The position numbers and the translations under genes are program-made. A stretch of DNA of 64,000 nucleotides from Eledone cirrhosa (lineage: Eukaryota), in NCBI GenBank assembly GCA_964016885.1, contig OZ024748.1, positions 36,022,001-36,086,000 of the forward strand, read 5' to 3'. The notes below the pieces were generated by a model that made no database searches, was not told the DNA's origin, and saw only the letters and a program-made list of their open reading frames with translations. Every line of letters starts with the position of its first letter. Position 1 is the stretch's first letter. Below, piece after piece: positions 27,998-42,180 of the stretch.

Positions 27998-28942
27998 TCT
28001 ATATATATAAAACTGTGGTTGTCTGTCTGTCTATCGATTTTTGGCACACATCTCCTCTTAGAATCTCTCACGGAATTGCACCGAAATTGCTATACTTGTA
28101 CATTGAGCCCTAGCGAAGACATCGGAAAAAAAAAAATTTAAATTGACCCACCTATGTGACGATATCGAATATAATATATCGATTTTTGAGCGTAAGTTAT
28201 CAGTTATTTCCCTTTGTTCTGTTTACATTGAGCGTCTTACGTAAAAAATTACGCTGGCTTTCTCAGCGTTTAAAATGACATTAACACGATACACGAACAG
28301 TTGTCGTCGAGCCAGCAAAATATTGACCTGCAAAATTCATCAGTTCGAACACTAAACTTCCGTTTTGCTTCATTTCCATTTAAAAGCATTTTAAAACAAT
28401 ATTTTTACTTGAAAACAAGTCTATTTAAAGACTACGTAAAACAAGCAAATATTTCGTCGTTAGGCGTGCAGACAGACAGTCGTGCAGACAGACAGTCGTG
28501 CAGACAGACAGTCGTGCAGACAGACAGTCGTGCAGAGAGGTGATATACGCGTGCAGACAGATAGTCGTGCAGAGAGGTGATATAGGCGTGCAGACAGACA
28601 GTCGTGCAGAGAGGTGATATAGGCGTGCAGACAGACATAACTGATAATTTGGTTACGCTAATGTTTTTATCTGCGTTGCAGTGTTTACATTTTCGATCTT
28701 TGTTAATAAATAACCAGTGCAGTTTTTATCTCCAGCATCCTCTTTTGTTATAACATTCGGGTTATCGTTATGTTTTCTAAACTTCATAAGGCATATTGTT
28801 GTTTGAGGGAATATTAATCAAAAACACCACATGCAAGTCTGCACAGTAGACACTACAGTTTTTAAGCCAAAAAAGAAACTTAACATTGTAACTTTAACAC
28901 AGCTACTGAGCGACCCCGAGCAACGCCGGGCTTTACTGCTAG
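27998..28942 (+). mobile_element. Non-autonomous Helitron, copy 3, 945 bp
   Basis: Same TC…CTAG termini and A|T junction. About 10 substitutions, small indels and 69 bp more internal minisatellite than copies 1 and 2. Confidence 0.93.
28465..28637 (+). repeat. Helitron-internal minisatellite, copy 3, order AAAABABABa
   Basis: 173 bp, i.e. three extra A units and one extra B unit. Confidence 0.92.
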
Positions 28943-31900
28943 TATACTATAAAGGAGTAAATTTAGTTAATAATACATTACACTATAAAGGAGTACTAAA
29001 ATTATTACTAATACTTTACACTATAAAGGAGTACTAAAGTTAGTTACTAATACATTACACTATAAAGGAGTAAACTTAGTAACTAATATCTCACACTATA
29101 AAGGAGTACTAAAGTTACTTACTAATACATTACACTATAAAGTAGTAAAGTTAGTTACTAATGCCTTACACTATAAAGGAGTAAAGTTATTTACTAATAC
29201 ATTACACTATAAAGGAGTAAATTTAGTTACTAATACATTACACTACAAAGGAGTACTAAAATTAGTTACTAATAGATTATACTATAAAGGAGTAAATTTA
29301 GTTACTAATACATTAAACTATAAAAGAGTAATAAAGTTAGTTACTAATACATTATACTATAAACGATTAAAGTTAATTACTAATACATTACACTCTAAAG
29401 GAGCAGTAAAGTTAGTTACTAATACATTACACTATAAACGAGTAGAGTTAGTTACTAATACATTATACTATAAAGGAGTAAAGTTAGTTACTAATACATT
29501 ATACTATAAAAGAGTAAAGTTAGTTACTAATACATTATACTATAAACCAGTAAAGTTAGTTACTAATACATTACACTATAAAGGAGTACTAAAGTTAGTT
29601 ACTAATACATTACACTATAAAGGAGTAAAGTTAGTTACTAATACACTACACTATAAACGATTACTAAAGTTAGTTACTAATACATTACACTATAAAGGAG
29701 TAAAGTTAGTTAATAATACATTGTACTATAAAGGAGTAAATTTAGTTACTAATGCATTAAACTATAAAGGAGTACTAAAGTCAGTTACTAATACATTACA
29801 CTGTAAAGGAGAAAAATTAGTTAATAATACATTACACTATAAAGGGGTACTAAAGTTTGTTACTAATACATTATACTATAAATGAGTTATGTTAGTTACT
29901 TATACATTACACTATAAAGGATAAGGTTAGTTACTAATACATTATACTATAAAGGAGTAAAATTAGTTACTAATACATTAGACTATAAAGGAGTAATGTT
30001 AGTTACTAATACATTACACTATAAAGGAGTAAAGTTAGTTACTAATACATTACACTATAAAGGAGTAAAGTTAGTTACTAATCCATTGCACTATAAAGGA
30101 GTAAAGTTAGTTACTAATACATTAAACCATAAAGGAGTACTAAAGTTACTTACTAATACATTACACTATAAAGGAGTAAAGTTAGTTACTAATACATTAT
30201 ACTATAAAGTAGTAAAGTTAGTTAGTAATACATTATACTATAAAGGAGTAAACTTAGTAACTAATATCTCACACTATAAAGGAGTACTAAAGTTAGTTAC
30301 TAATACATTACACTATAAAGTAGTAAAGTTAGTTACTACTGCCTTACACTATAAAGGAGTAAAGTTAGTTACTAATACATTACACTATAAAGGAGTAAAT
30401 TTAGTTACTAATACATTACACAACAAAGGAGTACTAAAATTAGTTACTAATACATTATACTATAAAGGAGTAAATTTAGTTACTAATACATTAAAATATA
30501 AAAGAGTAATAAAGTTAGTTACTAATACATTATACTATAAACGATTAAAGTTAATTACTAATACATTACACTCTAAAGGAGCAGTAAAGTTAGTTACTAA
30601 TACATTACACTATAAACGAGTAGAGTTAGTTACTAATACATTATACTATAAAGGAGTAAAGTTAGTTACTAATACATTATACTATAAAGGAGTAAAGTTA
30701 GTTACTAATACATTATACTATAAACCAATAAAGTTAGTTACTAATACATTACACTAGAAAGGAGTACTAAAGTTAGTTAATAATACATTATACTATAAAG
30801 GAGTAAAGTTAGTTACTAAGACATTATACTATAAAGGAGTAAAGTTAGTTACTAATACATTACACTATAAATGAGTACTAAAGTTAGTTACTAATACATT
30901 ACACTATAAAGGAGTACTAAATTACTTACTAATACATTATACTATTAAGGAATAAAGTTAGTTACTAAAGCATTACACTATAAAGGAGTAAATTCAGTTA
31001 CTAATACATTACACTATAGAGGAGTGATGTTAGTTACTAATACATTATAATATAAAGGAGTAAAATTAGTTACTAATACATTACACTATAAAGGAGTACT
31101 AAAGTTAGTTACTAATACATTAAACTATAAAGGAGTACTAAATTACTTACTAATACATTCTACTATTAAGGAAAAAAGTTAGTTACTAATACATTACGCT
31201 ATAAAGCAGTACTAAAATTAGTTACTATACATTATACTATAAAGGAGTAAAGTTAGTTACTAATACATCACACTATAAAGGAGTACTTAAGTTAGTTACT
31301 AATACATTATACTATAAAGGGGTAAAGTTAGTTACTAATATATTACACTATAAAGGAGTACTAAAGTTAGTTACTAATACATTATACTATAAATGAATAC
31401 TAAAGTTAGTTACTAATACATTATACTATAAAGGAGTAAAGTTTGTTACTAATGCATTATACTATAAAGGAGTAAAGTTTCTTCATAATGCATTAAACTA
31501 TAAATGAGTACTAAAGTTAGTTACTAATACATTATACTATAAAGGAGTACTAAATTACTTACTAATACATTCTACTATTAAGGAAAAAAGTTAGTTACTA
31601 ATACATTACGCTATAAAGCAGTACTAAAATTAGTTACTATACATTATACTATAAAGGAGTAAAGTTAGTTACTAATATATTACACTATAAAGGAGTACTA
31701 AAGTTAGTTACTAATACATTATACTATAAATGAGTACTAAAGTTAGTTACTAATACGTTATACTATAAATGAGTAAAGCTAGTTACTAATGCATTACTCC
31801 ATAAAGGAGTAAAATTAGTTACTAATACATTACCCTATAAAGATGTAAAGTTAGTTACTAATACATTACACTATAAAGGAATACTAAATTTAGTTACTAA

Positions 31901-33521
31901 TTCATTATACTATAACGGAGTAAAGTTAGTTACTAATATATTACACTATAAAGGAATAAAGTTAGTTACTAATTCATTACACTATAAACGAGTAAAGTTA
32001 GTTACTAATACATTGCACCATAAAGGAGTAAAGTTTGTTACTAATACAATACACTATAAAGTAGTAAATTTAGTTACTAATACATTACACTATAAAGGAG
32101 TACTTAATTTAGGTACTAATACATTATACTATAAAGGATTAAAGTTAGTTACTAATACATTACACTATAAAGGATTAAAATTAGTTATTAATACACTACA
32201 CTATAAAGGAGTAAAGTTAGTTACTAATACATTACATTATAAAGGAGTAAAGTTAGTTACTAATACATTATACTATAAAGTAGTAAAGTTAGTTATAATA
32301 CATTAGATTATAAAGGAGTAAAGTTAGTTACTAATACATTACACTATAAAGTAGTAAAGTTAGTTACTAATACAGTATACTATAAAGGAGTAGAGTTACT
32401 TACTAATACATTACACTATAAACGAGTAAAGTTAGTTACTGATACATTATACAATAAAGGAGTAAATTTATTACTAATACATTATACTATAAAGCAGTAA
32501 AGTTAGTTACTAATGCATTATACTATAAAGGAGTAAAGTTAGTTACTAATGCATTAAACTATAAAGGAGTACTATAGTTAGTTACTAATACATTATACTA
32601 TAAAGGAGTAAAGTTAGTTACTAATATATTACACTATAAAGGAGTATAGTTAGTTACTAATGCATTACTCCATAAAGGAGTAAAATTAGTTACTAATACA
32701 TTACCCTATAAAGGAGTAAAGTTAGTTACTAATACATTACACTATAAAGGAGTAAAGTTATACATTATACTATAAAGGTGTTATGTTAGTTACTAATACA
32801 TTACACTATAAAGTAGTAAAGTTAGTTACTAATACATTATACTATAAAGGAGTAAATTTAGTTACTAATACATTACACTATAAAGGAGTACTATAATTAG
32901 TTACTAATACGTTATACTATAGAGGAGTAAAGTTACTTACTAATACATTACACTATAAAGTATTAAAGTTAGTTACTAATACATTAAACTATAAAGGAGT
33001 AATGTTAGTTACTAATACATTTCACTATAAATGAGTACTAAAATTAGTTACTATACATTATACTATAAAGGAGTAAAGTTAGTTACTAATACATTAAACT
33101 ATAAAAGAGTACTAATGTTACTTACTAATACATTACACTATAAAGGAGTAAAGTTAGTTACTAATACATTATACTATAAAGGTGTACAGTTAGTTACTAA
33201 TACATTACACTATAAAGGAGTAAAGTTAGTTACTAATACTTTTGACTGTAAAGTAGTAACGTTAGTTACTAATACATTATACTATAAATGAGTAAAGTTA
33301 GTTACTAATACATTACAATATAAAGGAGTAATAAAGTTAGTTACTAATATATTACACTATAAACGAGTAAAGTTAGTTACTAATACATTATACTATAAAG
33401 GAGTAAAGTTAGTTACTAATACATTAAACTATAAAGGAGTAGTAAGTTACTTACTAATACATTACACTATAAAAGAGTAAAGTTAGTTACTAATACATTA
33501 TACTATAGAGAAGTAAAGATA

Positions 33522-33560
33522 TGTTTCTTTTATTTGCCACCAGGGCATCAAAAGTGGGAC
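33522..33560. mobile_element. 39-bp foreign insert, copy 3
   Basis: Identical to copy 1, with the same upstream variant TACTATAGAGAAG. Confidence 0.6.
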
Positions 33561-36500
33561 TAAAGATAGTTACTAATACATTACACTATAAAGGAGTATT
33601 AAAGTTAGTTACTAATACATTACACTATAAAGGAGTAATGTTAGTTACTAATACATTACACTATAAAGGAGTAAATTTAGGTTCTAATACATTACACTAT
33701 AAAGGAGTAAAATTAGTTACTGATAAATTACCCTATAAAGGAGTACTAAAGTTAATTACTGATACATTATACTATAAAGGAGAAAGGTTAATTACTAATA
33801 TATTACACTATAAAGGAGTACTAAAGTTAGTTACTAATACATTACACTATACAGGAGTAAAGTTAATTACTAATATATTACACTATAAAGGAGTAAAGTT
33901 AGTTACTAATACATTACACTATAAATGTGTACTAAAGATAGTTACTAATACATTCTACTATAAAGGAGTAAAGTGAATTACTAACACATTACATTATAAA
34001 GGAGTACTAAAGATAGTTACTAATACATTATACTATAAAGGAGGACTAAAGTTAGTTACTAATAAATTATACTGTAAAGAAGTAAAGTTAGTTATTAATA
34101 CATTACACTATAAAGGAGTAAAGTTAGTTACTAATACATTACATTATAAAGGAGTAAAGTTAGTTACAAATACATTATACTATAAAGTAGTAAAGGTAGT
34201 TATAATACATTAGATTATAAAGGAGTAAAGTTAGTTACTAATACATTACACTATAATTGAGAACTAAAGTTAGTTACTAATACATTATACTATAAAGGAG
34301 TTGTGTTAGTTACTAATACATTACACTATAAAGTAGTAAAGTTAGTTACTATACATTATACTATAAAGGAGTAAAGTTAGTTACTAATAGATTACACTAT
34401 AAAGGAGTACTTAAGTTAGTTACTAATACATTATACTATAAAGGAGTAAAGTTAGTTACCTATACATTACACTATAAAGGATTATAGTTAGTTACTAATA
34501 CATTACACTATAAAGTAGTAACTTTAGTTACTAATACATTATACTATAAAGGAGTAAAGTTAGTGACTAATACGTTATACTATAAAGGAGTATAGTTAGT
34601 TACTAATACATTACACTATAAAGGAGTAAATTTAGTTACTAATACATTACACTATAATGTAGTAAAGTTAGTTACTAATACATTATACTATAAAGGAGTA
34701 AATTTAGTTACTAATATATTATACTATAAAGGAGTAAAGATAGTTACTAATACATTAAACTATAAAGGAGAACTTAAGTTAGTTACTAATACATTATACT
34801 ATAAAGGAGTTATGTTAGTTACTAATACATTACACTATAAAGTTGTAAAGTTAGTTACTAATACATTACACTATAAAGGAGTAAAGTTAGTTACTAATAC
34901 ATTAAACTATAAAGGAGTACTAAAGTTAGTTACTAATACATTACACTATAAAGGAGTCCTAAAGTTATTTACTAATACATTATACTATAAAGGAGTAAAG
35001 TTAGTTACTAATACACTACACTATAGACGATTACTAAAGTTACTTATTAATACATTACACTATAAAGGACTAAATTTAGTTACTAATGCATTAAACTATA
35101 AAGGACTACTAAAGTTAGTTACTAATCCATTACACTGTAAAGGAGTAAAATTAGTTAATAATACATTACACTATAAAGAGGTACTAAAGTTAGTTACTAA
35201 TACATTACACTATAAAGGAGTACTAAAATTAGTTACTATACATTATACAATAAAGAAGTAAAGTTAGTTACTAATACATTACACTATAAAGGAGTACTTA
35301 AGTTAGTTACTAATACGTTATACTATAAAGGATAAAGTTAGTTACTAATACAATACACTATAAAGGAGTAAAGTTAGTTACTAATACATTACACTATAAA
35401 GTAGTAAATTTAGTTACTAATACATTATACTATAAATGAGTAAAGTTAGTTACTAATCCATTAAACTATAAAGGAGTACTAAAGTTAGTTACTAATACAT
35501 TACACAATAAAGGAGTACTGAAATTAGTTACTAATACATTATACTATAAAGGAGTAAGCTTAGTTACGACCACATTACACTATAAAGGAGTAAGCTTTGT
35601 TACTAATACATTACACTATAAAGGAGTAAAGTTAGTTACTAATACATTACACTATAAAGGAGCAAAGTTAGTTACTAATACATTACACTATAAAGTAGTA
35701 AAGTTAGTTACTAATACAGTATACTATAAAAGAGTAAAGTTACTTACTAATACATTACACTATAAACGAGTAAAGTTAGTTACTGATACATTATACAATA
35801 AAGGAGTAAATTTATTACTAATACATTATACTATAAAGCAGTAAAGTTAGTTACTAATGCATTATACTATAAAGGAGTAAAGTTAGTTACTAATGCATTA
35901 AACTATAAAGGAGTACTATAGTTAGTTACTAATACATTATACTATAAAGGAGTAAAGTTAGTTACTAATATATTACACTATAAAGGAGTATAGTTAGTTA
36001 CTAATACATTACACTATAAAGGAGTAAAATTAGTCACAAATACATTTAACTATATAGGAGTAAAGTTAGTTAATAATACATTAAACTATAAAGGAGTACT
36101 AACGTTAGCTACTAATACATTATACTATAAATGAGTAAAGCTAGTTACTAATGCATTACTCCATAAAGGAGTAAAATTAGTTACTAATACATTACCCTAT
36201 AAAGGAGTAAAGTTAGTTACTAATACATTACACTATAAAGGAGTAAAGTTATACATTATACTATAAAGGTGTTATGTTAGTTACTAATACATTACACTAT
36301 AAAGTAGTAAAGTTAGTTACTAATACATTATACTATAAAGGAGTAAAGTTAGTTACTAATACATTACACTATAAAGGAGTACTATAATTAGTTACTAATA
36401 CGTTATACTATAGAGGAGTAAAGTTACTTACTAATACATTACACTATAAAGTATTAAAGTTAGTTACTAATACATTAAACTATAAAGGAGTAATGTTAGT

Positions 36501-37012
36501 TACTAATACATTTCACTATAAATGAGTACTAAAATTAGTTACTATACATTATACTATAAAGGAGTAAAGTTAGTTACTAATACATTAAACTATAAAAGAG
36601 TACTAATGTTACTTACTAATACATTACACTATAAAGGAGTAAAGTTAGTTACTAATACATTATACTATAAAGGAGTAAAGTTAGTTACTAATACATTACA
36701 CTATAAAGGAGTAAAGTTAGTTACTAATACTTTTGACTGTAAAGTAGTAACGTTAGTTACTAATACATTATACTATAAATGAGTAAAGTTAGTTACTAAT
36801 ACATTACAATATAAAGGAGTAATAAAGTTAGTTACTAATATATTACACTATAAACGAGTAAAGTTAGTTACTAATACATTATACTATAAAGGAGTAAAGT
36901 TAGTTACTAATACATTAAACTATAAAGGAGTAGTAAGTTACTTACTAATACATTACACTATAAAAGAGTAAAGTTAGTTACTAATACATTATACTATAGA
37001 GAAGTAAAGATA

Positions 37013-37051
37013 TGTTTCTTTTATTTGCCACCAGGGCATCAAAAGTGGGAC
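37013..37051. mobile_element. 39-bp foreign insert, copy 4
   Basis: Identical to copy 3 at offset 3491. Confidence 0.6.
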
Positions 37052-38689
37052 TAAAGATAGTTACTAATACATTACACTATAAAGGAGTATTAAAGTTAGT
37101 TACTAATACATTACACTATAAAGGAGTAATGTTAGTTACTAATACATTACACTATAAAGGAGTAAATTTAGGTTCTAATACATTACACTATAAAGGAGTA
37201 AAATTAGTTACTGATAAATTACCCTATAAAGGAGTACTAAAGTTAATTACTGATACATTATACTATAAAGGAGAAAGGTTAATTACTAATATATTACACT
37301 ATAAAGGAGTACTAAAGTTAGTTTCTAAAACATTACACTATACAGGAGTAAAGTTAATTACTAATATATTACACTATAAAGGAGTAAAGTTAGTTACTAA
37401 TACATTACACTATAAATGTGTACTAAAGATAGTTACTAATACATTCTACTATAAAGGAGTAAAGTGAATTACTAACACATTACATTATAAAGGAGTACTA
37501 AAGATAGTTACTAATACATTATACTATAAAGGAGGACTAAAGTTAGTTACTAATAAATTATACTGTAAAGAAGTAAAGTTAGTTATTAATACATTACACT
37601 ATAAAGGAGTAAAGTTAGTTACTAATACATTACATTATAAAGGAGTAAAGTTAGTTACAAATACATTATACTATAAAGTAGTAAAGGTAGTTATAATACA
37701 TTAGATTATAAAGGAGTAAAGTTAGTTACTAATACATTACACTATAATTGAGAACTAAAGTTAGTTACTAATACATTATACTATAAAGGAGTTGTGTTAG
37801 TTACTAATACATTACACTATAAAGTAGTAAAGTTAGTTACTATACATTATACTATAAAGGAGTAAAGTTAGTTACTAATAGATTACACTATAAAGGAGTA
37901 CTTAAGTTAGTTACTAATACATTATACTATAAAGGAGTAAAGTTAGTTACCTATACATTACACTATAAAGGATTATAGTTAGTTACTAATACATTACACT
38001 ATAAAGTAGTAACTTTAGTTACTAATACATTATACTATAAAGGAGTAAAGTTAGTGACTAATACGTTATACTATAAAGGAGTATAGTTAGTTACTAATAC
38101 ATTACACTATAAAGGAGTAAATTTAGTTACTAATACATTACACTATAATGTAGTAAAGTTAGTTACTAATACATTATACTATAAAGGAGTAAATTTAGTT
38201 ACTAATATATTATACTATAAAGGAGTAAAGATAGTTACTAATACATTAAACTATAAAGGAGAACTTAAGTTAGTTACTAATACATTATACTATAAAGGAG
38301 TTATGTTAGTTACTAATACATTACACTATGAAGTTGTAAAGTTAGTTACTAATGCATTACACTATAAAGGAGTAAAGTTAGTTACTAATACATTAAACTA
38401 TAAAGGAGTACTAAAGTTAGTTACTAATACATTACACTATAAAGGAGTCCTAAAGTTATTTACTAATACATTATACTATAAAGGAGTAAAGTTAGTTACT
38501 AATACACTACACTATAGACGATTACTAAAGTTACTTATTAATACATTACACTATAAAGGACTAAATTTAGTTACTAATGCATTAAACTATAAAGGAGTAC
38601 TAAAGTTAGTTACTAATCCATTACACAGTAATGGAGTAAAATTAGTTAATAATACATTACACTATAAAGAGGTACTAAAGTTAGTTACT

Positions 38690-41600
38690 AATACATTACA
38701 CTATAAAGGAGTACTAAAATTAGTTACTATACATTATACAATAAAGAAGTAAAGTTAGTTACTAATACATTACACTATAAAGGAGTACTTAAGTTAGTTA
38801 CTAATACGTTATACTATAAAGGATAAAGTTAGTTACTAATACAATACACTATAAAGGAGTAAAGTTAGTTACTAATACATTACACTATAAAGTAGTAAAT
38901 TTAGTTACTAATACATTATACTATAAATGAGTAAAGTTAGTTACTAATCCATTAAACTATAAAGGAGTACTAAAGTTAGTTACTAATACATTACACAATA
39001 AAGGAGTACTGAAATTAGTTACTAATACATTATACTATAAAGGAGTAAGCTTAGTTACGACCACATTACACTATAAAGGAGTAAGCTTTGTTACTAATAC
39101 ATTACACTATAAAGGAGTAAAGTTAGTTACTAATACATTACACTATAAAGGAGCAAAGTTAGTTACTAATACATTACACTATAAAGGAGTAAAGTTAGTT
39201 ACTAATACATGACACTATAAAGAAGTAAAGTTAATTACTAATACCTTACAGTATAAAGGAGAAAATTATTACTAATACATTACACTATAAAGGAGTACTA
39301 AAGTTATTTACTAATACATTATACTATAAAGGAGTAAAGTTAGTTACTAATACACTACACTATAGACGATTACTAAAGTTAGTTACTAATACATTACACT
39401 ATAAAGTAGTAAATTTAGTTACTAATACATTATACTATAAATGAGTAAAGTTAGTTACTAATACATTAAACTATAAAGGAGTACTAAGTTAGTTACTAAT
39501 ACATTACACAATAAAGGAGTACTGAAATTAGTTACTAATACATTATAATATAAAGGAGTATAGTTAGTTACTAATACATTACACTATAAAGGAGTAAAGT
39601 TAGTTACTAATGCATTACACTATAAAGGAGTAAAGTTAGTTACTAATACATTAAACTATAAAGGAGTACTAAAGTTAGTTACTAATACATTACACTATAA
39701 AGGAGTCCTAAAGTTATTTACTAATCCATTACACTGTAAAGGAGTAAAATTAGTTAATAATACATTACACTATAAAGAGGTACTAAAGTTAGTTACTAAT
39801 ACATTATACTATAAAAAAGTAAAGTTAATTACTAATACATTATACTATAAAGGAGTTATGTGAGTTACTTATATATTACACTATAAAGATAAGGTTAGTT
39901 ACTAATACATTACACTACATAGGAGTAAAATTAGTTACTAATACATTATACTAGAAAGGAGTAAATTTAGTTACTAATGCATTAAACTATAAAGGAGTAC
40001 TAAAGTTAGTTACTAATACATTATACTATAAAGAGTAAAGTTAGTTACTAATATATTACACTCTAAAGGAGTACTAAAGTTAGTTACTAATACATAATAC
40101 TATAAATGAGTACTAAAGTTAGTTACTAATACATTACACTATAAACGAGTAAAGCTAGTTACTAATATATTAAACTATAAAGGAGTACTAAAGTTACTTA
40201 TTAATACATTACACTATAAAGGTGTAAAGTTAGTTACTAATACATTTTACTATAAAGGAGTAAATTTAGTTACTAATGCATTAGACTATAAACGAGTACT
40301 AAAGTTAGTTACTAATACATTACACTGTAAAGGAGTAAACTTAGTTAATAATACATTACACTATAAAGGGGTACTAAAGTTAGTTACTAATACATTATAC
40401 TATAAAAAAGGAAAGTTAGTTACTAATACATTATACGATAAAGGAGTAAAGTTAGTTACTAATACATTACACTATAAAGGAGTACTTAAGTTAGTTACTA
40501 ATACATTATACTATAAAGGAGTAAAGTTAGTTACCTATACATTACACTATAAAGGATTATAGTTAGTTACTAATACATTACACTATAAAGTAGTAACTTT
40601 AGTTACTAATACATTATACTATAAAGGAGTAAAGTTAGTGACTAATACGTTATACTATAAAGGAGTATAGTTAGTTACTAATACATTACACTATAAAGGA
40701 GTAAATTTAGTTACTAATACATTACACTATAATGTAGTAAAGTTAGTTACTAATACATTATACTATAAAGGAGTAAATTTAGTTACTAATATATTATACT
40801 ATAAAGGAGTAAAGATAGTTACTAATACATTAAACTATAAAGGAGAACTTAAGTTAGTTACTAATACATTATACTATAAAGGAGTTATGTTAGTTACTAA
40901 TACATTACACTATAAAGTTGTAAAGTTAGTTACTAATACATTACACTATAAAGGAGTAAAGTTAGTTACTAATTCATTACGCTATAAAGAATAAAGTTAG
41001 TTACGAATACATTACACTATAAACGAGTAAAGTTAGTTACTAATACATTATACTATAAAGGAGTAAAGTTAGTTACTAATACATTAATCTATAAGGGATT
41101 ACTAAAGTTACTTACTAATACATTACAATATAAAGGAGTAAGCTTAGTTACTAATACATTACACTATAAAGGAGCACTAAAATTAGTTACTATACATTAT
41201 ACAATAAAGTAGTAAAGTTTGTTACTAATACATTACACTATAAAGGAGTACTTAAGTTAGTTACTAATACGTTATACTATAAAGGATAAAGTTAGTTACT
41301 AATACAATACACTATAAAGGAGTAAAGTTAGTTACTAATACATTACACTATAAAGTAGTAAATTTAGTTACTAATACATTATACTATAAATGAGTAAAGT
41401 TAGTTACTAATCCATTAAACTATAAAGGAGTACTAAAGTTAGTTACTAATACATTACACAATAAAGGAGTACTGAAATTAGTTACTAATACATTATACTA
41501 TAAAGGAGTAAGCTTAGTTACGAATACATTACACTATAAAGGAGTAAGCTTTGTTACTAATACATTACACTATAAAGGAGTAAAGTTAGTTACTAATACA

Positions 41601-42180
41601 TTACACTATAAAGGAGCAAAGTTAGTTACTAATACATTACACTATAAAGGAGTAAAGTTAGTTACTAATACATGACACTATAAAGAAGTAAAGTTAATTA
41701 CTAATACATTACAGTATAAAGGAGAAAATTATTACTAATACATTACACTATAAAGGAGTACTAAAGTTATTTACTAATACATTATACTATAAAGGAGTAA
41801 AGTTAGTTACTAATACACTACACTATAGACGATTACTAAAGTTAGTTACTAATACATTACACTATAAAGTAGTAAAATTAGTTACTAATACATTATACTA
41901 TAAATGAGTAAAGTTAGTTACTAATACATTAAACTATAAAGGAGTACTAAGTTAGTTACTAATACATTACACAATAAAGGAGTACTGAAATTAGTTACTA
42001 ATACATTATACTATAAAGGAGTATAGTTAGTTACTAATACATACACTATAAAGGAGTAAAGTTAGTTACTAATACATTACACTATAAAGGAGTAAAGTTA
42101 GTTACTAATACATTAAACTATAAAGGAGTACTAAAGTTAGTTACTAATACATTACACTATAAAGGAGTCCTAAAGTTATT
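38690..42180. repeat. Partial duplication, offset ~2463 bp
   Basis: Markers AGCTTAGTTACGA at 39048/41511 and CATGACACTATAAAGAAG at 39208/41671. Boundaries are approximate. Confidence 0.75.

Larger units (their letters stand above)
23350..28000. repeat. Older diverged duplication, period ~2.96-3.06 kb
   Basis: Paired markers: TTCATAATGC near 23.44 and 26.40 kb, 24208/27231 (3023), 24731/27790 (3059). Boundaries are approximate. Confidence 0.75.
32340..39170. repeat. Tandem duplication, period 3491 bp
   Basis: ORF-start pairs 33031/36522, 33521/37012 and 34812/38303 all differ by 3491. Boundaries are approximate. Confidence 0.9.
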
